Shown here: positions 1 through 10,368 of the stretch, one piece after another
Layout: each line of letters opens with the position of its first letter
How positions within the stretch are numbered: position 1 is the first letter of the stretch
DNA from: Methanobacteriota archaeon
Lineage (GTDB): Archaea > Thermoplasmatota > Thermoplasmata > SG8-5 > JAGLSY01
Length of the DNA: 64,000 nucleotides
Direction of reading: 5' to 3'
Assembly: GCA_020697715.1 (NCBI GenBank)
Contig: JAEHCO010000002.1
Location: 96,001 to 160,000, forward strand
The notes under the pieces: model-generated
Told to the model about the DNA's origin: nothing
The model's database searches: none
What the model saw: only the letters and a program-made list of their open reading frames with translations
Translations under genes and position numbers: made by a program

Positions 1-95
1 CCTTGAAGATATAGTAAGCATATGTAACGCTTCAAGGCTAACTCGCAAAAATGCTAACACATCGAACGGGTATTATTTTGCTCGTAACTCCCCCT

Positions 96-144
96 TTTTT
101 TTGTAAACTGATAGCGCGAGCTCGCGCTCTAGTTTACAAAAAAA
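96..144. repeat. ~50-bp near-perfect palindrome (REP-like or bidirectional terminator)
   Basis: tttttttgtaaact-gat-agcgcgag|ctcgcgct-ct-agtttacaaaaaaa, with one small internal mismatch. Confidence 0.75.
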
Positions 145-151
145 CATAAGA

Positions 152-436
152 TTGAACATCCCTGCCTATCGTTAGACTCCTGGCAGGGTTTTCAAATATC
201 AGAGCACTATGTAATTGTGACTTATGCGGGAATGCACAAGCGCATTCCCTGAATTGAGAAAACATCTCCCTGCTCCTGCATTTTTCGGGATTTCTACGCC
301 CTTTGAATATAATTGAATGGCTTCGCAACCCTTGACCAGCAGGCTGGTCCCGGGTGGGGCATCAACCCCAGTTAAATTGATTTGCATTGAAGCAGAGCGA
401 CGATCCCGAATGAAACGGGATCGGTTGGATGTTGAT
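152..436 (-). mobile_element. Candidate non-autonomous IS200/IS605-like (PATE) element or structured ncRNA
   Basis: Stems at 160-166/182-188, 228-235/242-249, 334-340/343-349 and 401-408/416-423. On the minus strand the last hairpin is followed by TGTTCAA, like IS200/IS605 right ends. No credible ORF. Confidence 0.35.
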
Positions 437-444
437 ATACCGAA

Positions 445-672
445 TCAGTTAACAGTGGCGAACTGAAGTAGAACGTTCTTTCCCTTCAGTTTCTTCTGGA
501 CCTTGTCCACGAAGTCAATGACCTGGGAGGGAGTTATGTCCTTTCCCTTCCAATCGTACACGAAATCATGGCTTCCAAGGGTTGTATTGAAGCCCATGTC
601 TATCAGAGTCTCTGTGACTTCCGAGGCAAGTCCGCCGTCGCTATTCAAGGTTACAGTTACGAAAGTTTTCAT
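445..672 (-). CDS. Small hypothetical protein (75 aa), last gene of the aglB operon
   Basis: Compact ORF with GAGAG upstream, 12 bp after the previous gene, with protein-like composition. Confidence 0.75.
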   Translation of the reverse strand: MKTFVTVTLNSDGGLASEVTETLIDMGFNTTLGSHDFVYDWKGKDITPSQVIDFVDKVQKKLKGKNVLLQFATVN

Positions 673-684
673 ATTCTATCTCTC

Positions 685-1461
685 CTACTTTCTTTTTCCA
701 GCCAGCTTTTTATTGATGAGGATCATTCCTATCAACAGTGCTGAAATTCCGATCAATATGAACAAAGTAGCGGACACATTACTACCTTCGACAAAGAAAT
801 CCTCAGAGACTTTGATATCTCCCATGATGGGGTCTATTATCCCATCATCGTTGACATCGACGATGATTGTGGATGTGTGCCATCCATCATCTATATCTTC
901 GGATACCCAATTGGATGTCAGGGTAGTAGATTCTCCAGCTCCCAGGTAAGATAATGTATCGGTGGATATCAGTACGTCATCAACATAGAATTCGACACTT
1001 GCATTTTTTATATTGACCTCTCCTGAATTGAGGATCTTGGTAGAGATGACAACTGGTTCTATCACATTTATATCGAACTCCCTTGTCTGCCACAGAGTGC
1101 CTGTTGGGGATGATACATTGACTATCATGATCATTTCACCAAGATTCGTCATGGCCGTGATGTCGGCAGAGAATGTGTCATTCCCTGCAGTCAAATTCCC
1201 TGTGATCGGTTCTATCTCCAAAGGCGAGGCCCCTGTGATGTTTCTCGCATCTATGTGTACGCTGTATGCCCAGTTACGATCCTGTGGGTCTATCAGAGTT
1301 ATATCATAATGACCTTGACTATTGTGTGCTAGAACATCGGGTCCACTAACATGCAATAATACATCATCCGCATTGCCCTCAGCAGATACCATTGAACCTA
1401 TGAAGGCCATGGAAATAAAGGCCAATGCGATCACTATCGGAATATACTTGCCACGGTTCAT
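685..1461 (-). CDS. Secreted, C-terminally anchored Ig-like/CARDB-domain protein
   Basis: Signal peptide, CARDB-like motif (ILNSGEVNIKNASVEFYVDD...LGAGESTTLTSNW), C-terminal TM helix and basic tail. The ATG at 1461 follows GAGGTGG and overlaps the aglB stop (ATGA). Confidence 0.75.
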   Translation of the reverse strand: MNRGKYIPIVIALAFISMAFIGSMVSAEGNADDVLLHVSGPDVLAHNSQGHYDITLIDPQDRNWAYSVHIDARNITGASPLEIEPITGNLTAGNDTFSADITAMTNLGEMIMIVNVSSPTGTLWQTREFDINVIEPVVISTKILNSGEVNIKNASVEFYVDDVLISTDTLSYLGAGESTTLTSNWVSEDIDDGWHTSTIIVDVNDDGIIDPIMGDIKVSEDFFVEGSNVSATLFILIGISALLIGMILINKKLAGKRK

Positions 1462-4400
1462 CTTAACCACCTCTTTTTCTTCATGACATAGAACATTATC
1501 AGACCAAAGGTCACTGATATCACGGTTATGACCCCTCCGATTATCGGGTTCTCTGTTGACACATCATGGATGGAATCACCTGTTATTGTGATATCCCCCT
1601 TGTTCATGTCTATGTCTGGATATGATACAAGTAGGCTTTCAGAGTCATACACCGAGGTATCATCCTGAGAAGTGGTTCCTATCATCAGAGAAACAGTTCT
1701 ATATGGATTATCACTTATTTGCTCCAGAGTGATTGGTAGAACAGCATTGCCATTCGCGAGTATCGAGACATTGAATACCTCGGTACCATCTGCTGACAGA
1801 TCTCCGCTAGTGAACTTCACATCCCAACCATTGGTCTCCAGTTCTTCTTGATTGACAATATAGACCCTTACATTATCATCAATATTACCGTTATTGTTGA
1901 TGTTAACGTTCCAGTTCAGTGTTTGTCCATCCATGGTGATAGGTATTGGTGATCCCATCACATTTAATTCATAGACATGCTCGATGGAGATGTCCAATGT
2001 CGTGGTCTTTTGAAGTCCCGCACTCTTCATCGAAGCAACTGTGACGACAACGGGGTCGTGTTTGACAAGGGAGCCTTCAGTTACTGTGAACTGTGCAGTG
2101 ATCGTGCGCTTCGCTCCAAAGTCAAGATCTATCCTTGACTCGGAAACAGTAGGTGACCAATCTGCTCCTCCTCCATTTATTATGATATCATAGGTGTCCG
2201 GGGCATTTCCCAGGTTCTCTATTATGATCTCGTATTCAACGACTGTTGTGGGTGATATTACACCAGTGAACAATGGAGTTGAGGATACAGCAATATCAAA
2301 GCTCTCTATTTTTGTCAGAGGTAAGTTTTTTCGCAGATCATCGATAACCTCTATCTGAGTGTCGAGAGTGTATACGACATCAATGTTATTCTCAACATTG
2401 GTGAGATCCCCACTCACATCATAGGTATCGTCTGGAAGCCAGATATTGTAATGTCCATCAGAGTCTGTTGTGATGTTTATGCTTCCAGATGTTGTTCGGA
2501 AGTCAAGCATTGTTTCCTTGTGCTGGTTGAGATTGAAATACACTTCGCCAGATACCCCATATCCCTTATCCAGGGTCATGTTCATTATGATCTTATCATA
2601 AACATACAGGTCGACCGAGTCAAGGTAGACATCGTTTGATGCAGGGTCATGGGCATATATATCATATGGCCCTGGTTGGATCATGAATTCATAATGTCCG
2701 TCCATGTCGGAGGTCACGCGATATGTTTCTCTGCTGGATCTGAAGACGATCTCTGTATTGGCTCCACTATCTCCATTATCGAGTGTGATATTTCCTGAAA
2801 TATCAATTAAGAACTCTTTGCGTTGCAAGTCAAGGTCTTTCATAACAGAAGTACCGACCATTGTCGATATGGTCACATTGTCGGTGCTATCCTCTTCATT
2901 AAGATAGTACTTGTAGGTTGTAGTGAGGCCACTATCTTCAGATTGGCTTAGGAATCCTATATCAATTCTGTAGTTCTTGCCACTTACAAGGTATACGGAA
3001 TAATCCGAATTCTCATCTGTCACGGCATAGATCACATCATCATTGCTAAGATCTGTAAAGACGATCTCATGCCCCTCGAAGGTGTCTATCCCATAGGTAA
3101 CTTGGCCAGATAGTTCGAAGGCAGGTTTGAGTGATACCGATATCTCGGCCATGGCCGAGACATTGAACACATCACATTCCATGAATATGTTCTCCCCTTC
3201 TGCGAAATGAGCCTGTACGATATAATCACCAGGGACAAGGTAAAGATCCATTCCTCCCGACTCAATATCTGCCGACATGTACTCTGGTCCTATGAAGGAA
3301 ACATTTCCTGCGGTTGGGGCGCCTTCTAACAGTAGTTCCATATTGAATTTGATCCTCTTCTGGACGGTCAAGTTCATCTCAATATCAGAACCTGTGTATA
3401 ATCCAGTGAACATAACGAATTCTTCTTCTATCTGTAAGATCTCCGTGTCATTGTCCAATGTGGTATTCTTCTCTATATTGACCACGTATAGACCCGGAAC
3501 AAGCTCTGTTGTAAAGGTACCATCAGTTTCCATCTGGACCGAATTATCCACTCCCCCATCTTCTATGGCGGAAGTGAATTGGATGAATGCATTCTCATTT
3601 AGAAGTAGCTCATCATCATAATAGACAGTTCCAGTCACAGGAATGATCTCTGGGATCAATTCCTCTATGAATGCAGTTTCCATCATGGTCGAGTGAGACA
3701 TGCGTCCCAGGTCAAGAGTGTGGTATCCTTCCTTGACCACTTCTATTGTGTAGTATATGTTTGTATAAAGTGATCTATTAGCAATTCCATTGATGTCCGA
3801 AACAGAGGTTATTACTTGGCCATTATCCAGTTTGTAGTATATGGTCGCACCTTCTATTCCTTCACCAGCTTGGATCTCACCATCTCCATTGATGTCTCTG
3901 AATATGGCCATGGTGTTCTTGAAAGCCTCTTCCAGTGATATAGTGATCTCATCATTGTTCGCATTGAATGTTTGACGGGATGCATGCACGTACTCTTCAG
4001 AAGCATAGATGTCTGAGGAATATATGTCATAGACTCCTGGAGGTATGTTGATACTGAAGGATCCTTCTTCATTGCTGATAGCGGTAATGAGGAAATCATC
4101 ATCAACGGATTTCATGTATATTGCCTGGTTGGCTATTGGAAGATCAACATTCGTTCTTACTACATCTCCTTTGACCTTCACCCCTTCCAATAATATGATG
4201 TCTGCGGTTGCATCACTGAACAGATCCATTCGTGAAGCATACACATATTCCTTATCGTCAACAGGATAGCTACAATAGATCATGCTGATCCCCACATCAA
4301 GGTTTGCTTCGAAGACTCCATCCTCATCTGATATCAAGAGTATGTCTGATTCCTGACCATCATCGAGGAAGGTCACTCTGATATTGGCTTGAGGTGCAGG

Positions 4401-7400
4401 ATTTCCTGATGGCATCGATATTGTTCCTTGGAGCATTATTGAATCTGCTAATGTCAGAGTTATTGAATTGTTCTCAAGGTGCTTGATCTCTATCGAGGTC
4501 AATGAACTTGCCTGACCCTCATATGTGGCCTGGATCTGATAATCTCCATAAAGAAGGTTATCGAATGCAAAGGATCCATTATCGCCTGTTGTTGTGATCT
4601 TTGCATCTTCATTTCGTATCCATATCTCGACCTCGGCTCCAATAACAGGCTCTCCTTCTGGTCCATTGACCGACCCGGTCAATGGCGTTGGTTCAAGACC
4701 CCACAGGCCTTCTGTGGATTGTCCAGAGATATATGTCTGGGCGACCGTCGTGATAGGTCTTCCTGCATATGATATGTCAACTGTAGCTGGTCCAGGTACG
4801 AAATTGTCTATCACAAGTTTTCCATCTTCGTCTGTAACACCTGTGATGGAATATTCTAGATTATCACTTGTTATAGTTACGTCCGCGCCTGCCAGGACTT
4901 CATCATCGACCTCATAGTAGATGCCGTCCCCGTTAATGTCCCAGTAGACCCATCCATCAATAGAAGCACTTGGTATGACAACATCATGCTTGATCATATA
5001 ATCATAGATGCCGTCCCCATTCTTGTCCACTTCTTCTCTCATGGCCTGATAGTCCTCGATGAACATCTCTGTGGAATTCAATTCAGAACCAATGAGTGTC
5101 AATGGGTTGAGTTCTCCGTAGGACACTGTTACAGTTATATCATCGTATGGAACAATAAGTGAGTACTCACCTTTTGCATCAGTGGTCACTGTGTGATGTG
5201 GTATATCGAAATTGTCATGAACTGTTACAGAAGCTCCTTCTACAGGGGTCCCATCATCCAGTGTCACTGCACCGCTTACTATAGCTCCATCATAGTATTT
5301 CAGGATCATAACGCCCTGATACATGCTGGACCTGTCACTGAGATCGGATATTCCATTTCCAGATGTCTGTTTTTCATACGCATCCCAATATTCGGTCGCG
5401 CGCCAGGCATCTGTGTGGTTCTGTATATTGCTCATGTCATAAGGATTCCAATAAGCGGTCCTATGCTCCAGTTTGAAGTGGGTCATATTCCATGCAGGCA
5501 TGATCGGTGTTTCGGTCATGCTTGCGCTGACAGCAGGTATGCCGCCATCATCATTGCTCATCCCTACATCTTCGCCACTGTAACCAACAAAGGCTTTGTA
5601 AAGCATTGAATTGTAGAACATATCCTGATAAACGATCTTGTATGGGTTGTTCGGGTCAAGGTTCACATCGGCTGGGATCTCTCCCAGATCGTATTCGCCT
5701 CCGAATTCTCCAACTGCCTTGATCTGCCAGAAATCATATGGCTGATTTCCTTCATCTCCACTTGATATTCTGTGATCAGAAAGCTTTGCAGGCGCATAGA
5801 AAATACCTGTGTTCTGAGCACTGAATGGGAATAATCTGCTGTCTATGGCGAAGTATCTTATGGAATCACCAGAAAGGTCTCTTATATCATTATATAGAGA
5901 TACTATCTGTTCCAGATTTAGATTCTCTGATATCTCTCCACGAACTGCAAGGTATTTTGCATTTTCTGGCTGTAAGATCTCATCCCTTGGACTATAAATA
6001 TCTGGATTATCCCATATCAATTCTTTGTATTCATCAGGGTTGATCAGCATATTCGCGATCCTATCGGTATCTAGACCATATGAATCAAGTAGAACTATCA
6101 TCTCAGGGCTCATCTCATAGGCGACATCATACATAGGTCCACGCCAATCTGCCTCGATTATCCTTGTGATAAGAAGAGCTATAGCATCGGCCTCGCCTTG
6201 AGCCATTATGAAGTTACCTGCCAACTGGTGACCACCAAGGAAATTATCGGCCACTGTCGGGTGTTGACCTTCATTTACAGCTTCGAAACCATAATCCCAC
6301 CAACTTAGATATGCTGGTCTATCTTCAGGTGGATAAATATCCTGATCCTGAGTGGCCAGCCAATCATAGGCCGCAGGGTAATATTTGCTATTCTGAGGTA
6401 GTGAGTAACCAAAGGCTCCGAAGAACCAATTGGTACCATTTATCGCATCATAGGATTCTGGTTGTAGGAACAGTGGCATTGTGTCGTATACTTGTTTGTC
6501 ATATGTCAATTTTGTTTCATACGGTATACCTGCATCGATGCCAGTCCATACATTTGGAAGAACTATGGCGAATGCAAGGAATAGAATTCCAACTACAAAG
6601 GAGATCTTGCTTTTCCTTATGATCATAAGAAGTATGATATCCATAAAAAGCAAAGCACCAAGAATGAAAGCATGGGTCGCAGATGTAAGCTCCCAATTTC
6701 CGATGACAAATCCATACATGTAAATTATTGCTCCAGTTATTGGGATCAATAGAGCCAACAGGTAGTATGTCCTGTTCGGGTTCAATTCCGCTATGGTGTT
6801 CATAAGCAATACGGACACAAGTGCCAGTATGCCGATCACCAAAACTGCCATGGCAATGCCGATATCCGTGGATAGGCCAGCCACTACGGCCAGTAATACC
6901 GCACCAGATACCAACAGACCGATCTTGAAACTCTTTGGGATCGGAGCGCTTACGAGACGTTTCTGCGTATCAATGAACTCTCTGAAATTAAGCTTCTCGA
7001 TAATCAAAGCTATTACCCATGCCGCTGTAATTGCGAAAACAGGAGCGGCATTGAACATGAAACGAGCTGCGTTTATGGCCATGTAGATAGATGTGGCAGT
7101 CCATACAAGCACGAAAATATAATCGAACTTCATGCGCTTTGGCAATTGGTAAGCTGCCCAAGCAATACCTATGAAGGAAAGCCAGAAGGTCATGACACCA
7201 AATGATAGGGCTAGATTACTGAATGGAGGTGCCTGCGCTTCTGCAATGGTTTGATACTGTTTGTTCTGAACAAAGTATCCTGCACCGCTTGCGACCGCAT
7301 TTGTTATGGTATCATATGTTTCTGGTATTGCTAGCTTCATGACGAACACTGCAATTATTGCGAGAATCAAAGAACCAACAATGACAAGAAGCCATGGAAG

Positions 7401-8579
7401 CTTCCTGGTGACCACCAATACCGCACCTATGGCCAGAGCGGCCAGGAACATGTAAGTAGGTGTGTCGAACCAGCTTCCAATCTGATATGATTGATAATAA
7501 TATGGATATACCAATAAGAGTGCAAGGCCAACTGTAATGAAATATGACATGAGAACACCGAGAGAATCCGTGTTCCTGAACCTATCCATAAGCAACTGGA
7601 TAAGAAGGTATACTGTCAATATCACAATAACATAGGCGTAACCCTTCCAGGTCAAAGCAACAGCGGCCAATGAGATAGCGGCCAACATCGAGTATAAGAT
7701 GGTATCCTTATTGCTACGTATAAGGTCCGGGATACCTTCCTTAATTGAATCAATTTTGAGCCAATCTTTGACCCATGTCTTTTCTTTCAGACCTTTCAAG
7801 GACTTCAAGAAGAAGTAGAAAGTTAATACAATAAAGAATAGAGCAAATGCATCGTGATCAGCATTTGTAAGAACACTACGTTGTATATGGCCAGGCATGA
7901 TAGCCAGCAGGAAGGCGGCAATATAACCGGTCTTCTTGCCAAAGGCTTCTTTTGCCAAGAAATAGGTAGGTACTATGGTCAAAGCTCCCCAGAAGGCTGT
8001 TGAGAATATGAAGACATACCAAGTGGCTTCAAAATTATCTCCTCCGAACATAGGGGTTAGAGCTATACCTCCAAGGTAGACGGACCAGTCATAAAGTGGA
8101 GGACGTGGGTTCCTTGTACCCAATGGGTAGTTGAGCATGTCATCCCAAAAGTGAAGTTCACCAGTGTCCTGAGCATGTGAAATCACAAAGTGGTGATAGT
8201 AAGAATCAGAACCCCCAGACAGCAAAAAGCCATCTTCGGTGGCAGGTTCTAGACCAAAATACGCTCTCATGAATAATCCAAGAGAGAATAATACCATCAA
8301 TATCATTATCGTTTTCCAGTTCTTATCGAGCCAGGAACCTTTCCACCTAAGGTCGATACCCATAGGTGCTTTTGCGGTTTCCTTTTTAGCAGGTTTAGAA
8401 TGCCCCTCTTCGTAATGCTTGTTCTTAAGCTTCTTCACTCCTCTGGGGAGATCTGGCTCTGGGCTGGATTCTTGGACCTTGGAATCAACACTAATATCCT
8501 CGGTCTGCTCAGGTATCTCTGCAATATCCGACGATACGGGATCTTCAGATATTTCTTCGTTTTTCTTTTTAGTAGACAT
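1458..8579 (-). CDS. aglB: Oligosaccharyltransferase AglB (STT3 family) with a long C-terminal array of carboxypeptidase-regulatory-like/Ig domains and a membrane anchor
   Basis: GGSDSYYH, NADHD, TIAEAQ and WWDYG motifs, multi-TM N-terminus. Start moved to ATG 8579 because of GGTGA-4nt-ATG (2373 aa). Confidence 0.93.
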   Translation of the reverse strand: MSTKKKNEEISEDPVSSDIAEIPEQTEDISVDSKVQESSPEPDLPRGVKKLKNKHYEEGHSKPAKKETAKAPMGIDLRWKGSWLDKNWKTIMILMVLFSLGLFMRAYFGLEPATEDGFLLSGGSDSYYHHFVISHAQDTGELHFWDDMLNYPLGTRNPRPPLYDWSVYLGGIALTPMFGGDNFEATWYVFIFSTAFWGALTIVPTYFLAKEAFGKKTGYIAAFLLAIMPGHIQRSVLTNADHDAFALFFIVLTFYFFLKSLKGLKEKTWVKDWLKIDSIKEGIPDLIRSNKDTILYSMLAAISLAAVALTWKGYAYVIVILTVYLLIQLLMDRFRNTDSLGVLMSYFITVGLALLLVYPYYYQSYQIGSWFDTPTYMFLAALAIGAVLVVTRKLPWLLVIVGSLILAIIAVFVMKLAIPETYDTITNAVASGAGYFVQNKQYQTIAEAQAPPFSNLALSFGVMTFWLSFIGIAWAAYQLPKRMKFDYIFVLVWTATSIYMAINAARFMFNAAPVFAITAAWVIALIIEKLNFREFIDTQKRLVSAPIPKSFKIGLLVSGAVLLAVVAGLSTDIGIAMAVLVIGILALVSVLLMNTIAELNPNRTYYLLALLIPITGAIIYMYGFVIGNWELTSATHAFILGALLFMDIILLMIIRKSKISFVVGILFLAFAIVLPNVWTGIDAGIPYETKLTYDKQVYDTMPLFLQPESYDAINGTNWFFGAFGYSLPQNSKYYPAAYDWLATQDQDIYPPEDRPAYLSWWDYGFEAVNEGQHPTVADNFLGGHQLAGNFIMAQGEADAIALLITRIIEADWRGPMYDVAYEMSPEMIVLLDSYGLDTDRIANMLINPDEYKELIWDNPDIYSPRDEILQPENAKYLAVRGEISENLNLEQIVSLYNDIRDLSGDSIRYFAIDSRLFPFSAQNTGIFYAPAKLSDHRISSGDEGNQPYDFWQIKAVGEFGGEYDLGEIPADVNLDPNNPYKIVYQDMFYNSMLYKAFVGYSGEDVGMSNDDGGIPAVSASMTETPIMPAWNMTHFKLEHRTAYWNPYDMSNIQNHTDAWRATEYWDAYEKQTSGNGISDLSDRSSMYQGVMILKYYDGAIVSGAVTLDDGTPVEGASVTVHDNFDIPHHTVTTDAKGEYSLIVPYDDITVTVSYGELNPLTLIGSELNSTEMFIEDYQAMREEVDKNGDGIYDYMIKHDVVIPSASIDGWVYWDINGDGIYYEVDDEVLAGADVTITSDNLEYSITGVTDEDGKLVIDNFVPGPATVDISYAGRPITTVAQTYISGQSTEGLWGLEPTPLTGSVNGPEGEPVIGAEVEIWIRNEDAKITTTGDNGSFAFDNLLYGDYQIQATYEGQASSLTSIEIKHLENNSITLTLADSIMLQGTISMPSGNPAPQANIRVTFLDDGQESDILLISDEDGVFEANLDVGISMIYCSYPVDDKEYVYASRMDLFSDATADIILLEGVKVKGDVVRTNVDLPIANQAIYMKSVDDDFLITAISNEEGSFSINIPPGVYDIYSSDIYASEEYVHASRQTFNANNDEITISLEEAFKNTMAIFRDINGDGEIQAGEGIEGATIYYKLDNGQVITSVSDINGIANRSLYTNIYYTIEVVKEGYHTLDLGRMSHSTMMETAFIEELIPEIIPVTGTVYYDDELLLNENAFIQFTSAIEDGGVDNSVQMETDGTFTTELVPGLYVVNIEKNTTLDNDTEILQIEEEFVMFTGLYTGSDIEMNLTVQKRIKFNMELLLEGAPTAGNVSFIGPEYMSADIESGGMDLYLVPGDYIVQAHFAEGENIFMECDVFNVSAMAEISVSLKPAFELSGQVTYGIDTFEGHEIVFTDLSNDDVIYAVTDENSDYSVYLVSGKNYRIDIGFLSQSEDSGLTTTYKYYLNEEDSTDNVTISTMVGTSVMKDLDLQRKEFLIDISGNITLDNGDSGANTEIVFRSSRETYRVTSDMDGHYEFMIQPGPYDIYAHDPASNDVYLDSVDLYVYDKIIMNMTLDKGYGVSGEVYFNLNQHKETMLDFRTTSGSINITTDSDGHYNIWLPDDTYDVSGDLTNVENNIDVVYTLDTQIEVIDDLRKNLPLTKIESFDIAVSSTPLFTGVISPTTVVEYEIIIENLGNAPDTYDIIINGGGADWSPTVSESRIDLDFGAKRTITAQFTVTEGSLVKHDPVVVTVASMKSAGLQKTTTLDISIEHVYELNVMGSPIPITMDGQTLNWNVNINNNGNIDDNVRVYIVNQEELETNGWDVKFTSGDLSADGTEVFNVSILANGNAVLPITLEQISDNPYRTVSLMIGTTSQDDTSVYDSESLLVSYPDIDMNKGDITITGDSIHDVSTENPIIGGVITVISVTFGLIMFYVMKKKRWLR

Positions 8580-8717
8580 AGTCTCACCGAAATTCGACGG
8601 AATTGTCCTTCTTCCGTTGTTCGAATGAATATATTTAGTTATTATTGGGTTATCGTCGCTGAAATATGCGCCTTTATAAATACTTATGTATGAATTATAA
8701 GGATATATCCACATAAT

Positions 8718-9416
8718 CTATAGTTTCTTGGATATAATATTAACATAGGCAGCCCATTTTCTGCTTTTTTGGGAGGATGAGAGCAGCCGATTATCCATTC
8801 TGAAGGCCACGCGTGATAATGCCCTTGTGATCCCTTTCAAAGGCCCGGGCATTCTGGGAACTATATGCGGCATTAGATAGAAGGTTATGAAATGATGATC
8901 GATCCTCTCAGTCTTGAAATATCGTTCAACAACTGCTTCCAGATCCTTGAAGGGAAGTGGTCTTTCACCTTCATCATGATGGGTGGTCGTTATCCTTTTC
9001 CTGACCATATTGGCAAAAGGGTTCTTATCCAGGGGTTCTTGAATTATCAAAAAACCACCAGGTCTTAACACTCGATATACTTCCTTCATGGCTTTATCCA
9101 GCTCATTGGGAACATGATGTAGCATGGCGTGAACTGTTATCAGGTCTGCGGATGAATCCTTGAATGGAAGGTCCAGTCCACTGCCTTCGATATGCTCTAC
9201 TCCATTATCCACCACTCTTGGTTCGAGGTCTATGCATATGACCCTGGCTTTTGGATGGCTAGACCTTGCTAAATTGCCAAAACCACCACTTCCCCCACCA
9301 ATATCGATGATCAGATCACACTTCTCCGATCTGGCAGATACTTCGCCTGGCACATCGTTAAGTGCCTTCCAACCCAAGCGGTTGAGTTCAGGATCGACCT
9401 TCCAATCAACTTCCAT
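8718..9416 (-). CDS. Class I SAM-dependent methyltransferase
   Basis: IDIGGGSG motif I, LPFKDSSADL, LHHV...EVYRVLRPGG. Confidence 0.9.
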   Translation of the reverse strand: MEVDWKVDPELNRLGWKALNDVPGEVSARSEKCDLIIDIGGGSGGFGNLARSSHPKARVICIDLEPRVVDNGVEHIEGSGLDLPFKDSSADLITVHAMLHHVPNELDKAMKEVYRVLRPGGFLIIQEPLDKNPFANMVRKRITTTHHDEGERPLPFKDLEAVVERYFKTERIDHHFITFYLMPHIVPRMPGPLKGITRALSRVAFRMDNRLLSSSQKSRKWAAYVNIISKKL

Positions 9417-9480
9417 TTTGTCTCCAGCACAACAAAGGAGATGTTTGATATTTATATCTATCTAACTAATAATAATTGAT

Positions 9481-9534
9481 CATGCACAATGAACATACAT
9501 ATTCGGTATGCGGATATGTATGCGAGGATGCATG
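9481..9534. promoter_or_regulatory. Inverted repeat in the divergent methyltransferase/KaiC-like promoter
   Basis: catacatattcg-gtatg-cggatatgtatg (9494-9522) flanked by catgca...tgcatg. Confidence 0.4.
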
Positions 9535-9610
9535 TGAATTGGTTTGTCGTGATGCTGTGATTCTACAATAGGTATTTATCCCTCCTGTATGATGAGGGTA
9601 TGGTGTTTAT

Positions 9611-10315
9611 TTGTCGAGTAAGCCAAGAATAAAAACATACATTCAGGGATTGGATGAGCAATTGAACGGTGGAGTGCCGGTAGGACATGTTTGCCTTGTA
9701 TCTGGGATGCCAGGAACAATGAAATCATCTGTAACTTACAGTATCTTACACAATAATGCGAAGCATGAGGGGAAGAAAGGACTTTACATTTCATTAGAGC
9801 AAGGCCGTGACTCTTTGATCGAGCATATGGATGGTCTTGGCATGCCTATTGAAGAAGTAGAGAGCCTGGTGAATATCGTTGATATCGGATATCTGAGATT
9901 GAACATGGACACCTCATCGGAACAACAGAGCTGGATGCGTATCTTCAAGATGTACGCGGAGAACCTCCATGTTAGCAATGAATATGAGATATTGATATGC
10001 GATTCATTGCCTGTTTTGGAATTACTGGCAGATGTTGACAATCGCAGAGCGGAACTGTTCCATTTCTTCGGCTGGCTCAGAGAATTGGGTGTCACCACCT
10101 TCCTTATTGCCGAGGCTTCGGATCAGGCCAATGTCGTGCATGACGAGGACTTCCTGGCAGATGGTATTATCCGACTAAGAAAGGAACAGATGGGATACGA
10201 TGTCAGCAGGCAGATAGTCATTGACAAGATGAGGACGACCAAGCACAATACTGGCTACTTCAGTCTGATGCTCGATGGGGAGCCCTTCTCGATAACTCGG
10301 GTTATTGGAGATTAG
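9611..10315 (+). CDS. RAD55/KaiC-family single-domain RecA-superfamily ATPase
   Basis: RIKTYIQGLDEQLNGGVP, Walker A variant GMPGTMKS, YISLEQ, ICDSL, ADGII.L, KMRTT. TTG start. Confidence 0.88.
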   Translation: MSSKPRIKTYIQGLDEQLNGGVPVGHVCLVSGMPGTMKSSVTYSILHNNAKHEGKKGLYISLEQGRDSLIEHMDGLGMPIEEVESLVNIVDIGYLRLNMDTSSEQQSWMRIFKMYAENLHVSNEYEILICDSLPVLELLADVDNRRAELFHFFGWLRELGVTTFLIAEASDQANVVHDEDFLADGIIRLRKEQMGYDVSRQIVIDKMRTTKHNTGYFSLMLDGEPFSITRVIGD

Positions 10316-10368
10316 GCCACCCTGTCAAAAATTGTTAGAAATAAAGATAAAGAATAGCGAGAGCTCTA

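Noticed and set aside
152-436. RNase P RNA, SRP RNA or hammerhead ribozyme
   Set aside because: No GAGGAAAGUCC-like P4 motif, no SRP helix-8 GGAA/AGC motif and no CUGANGA...GAAA core on either strand.
9611-10315. Circadian kaiC or an inactivated ATPase
   Set aside because: It has a single domain with no kaiA/kaiB nearby. The GTMKS Walker A variant retains the Lys-Ser, so nothing shows it is inactive.
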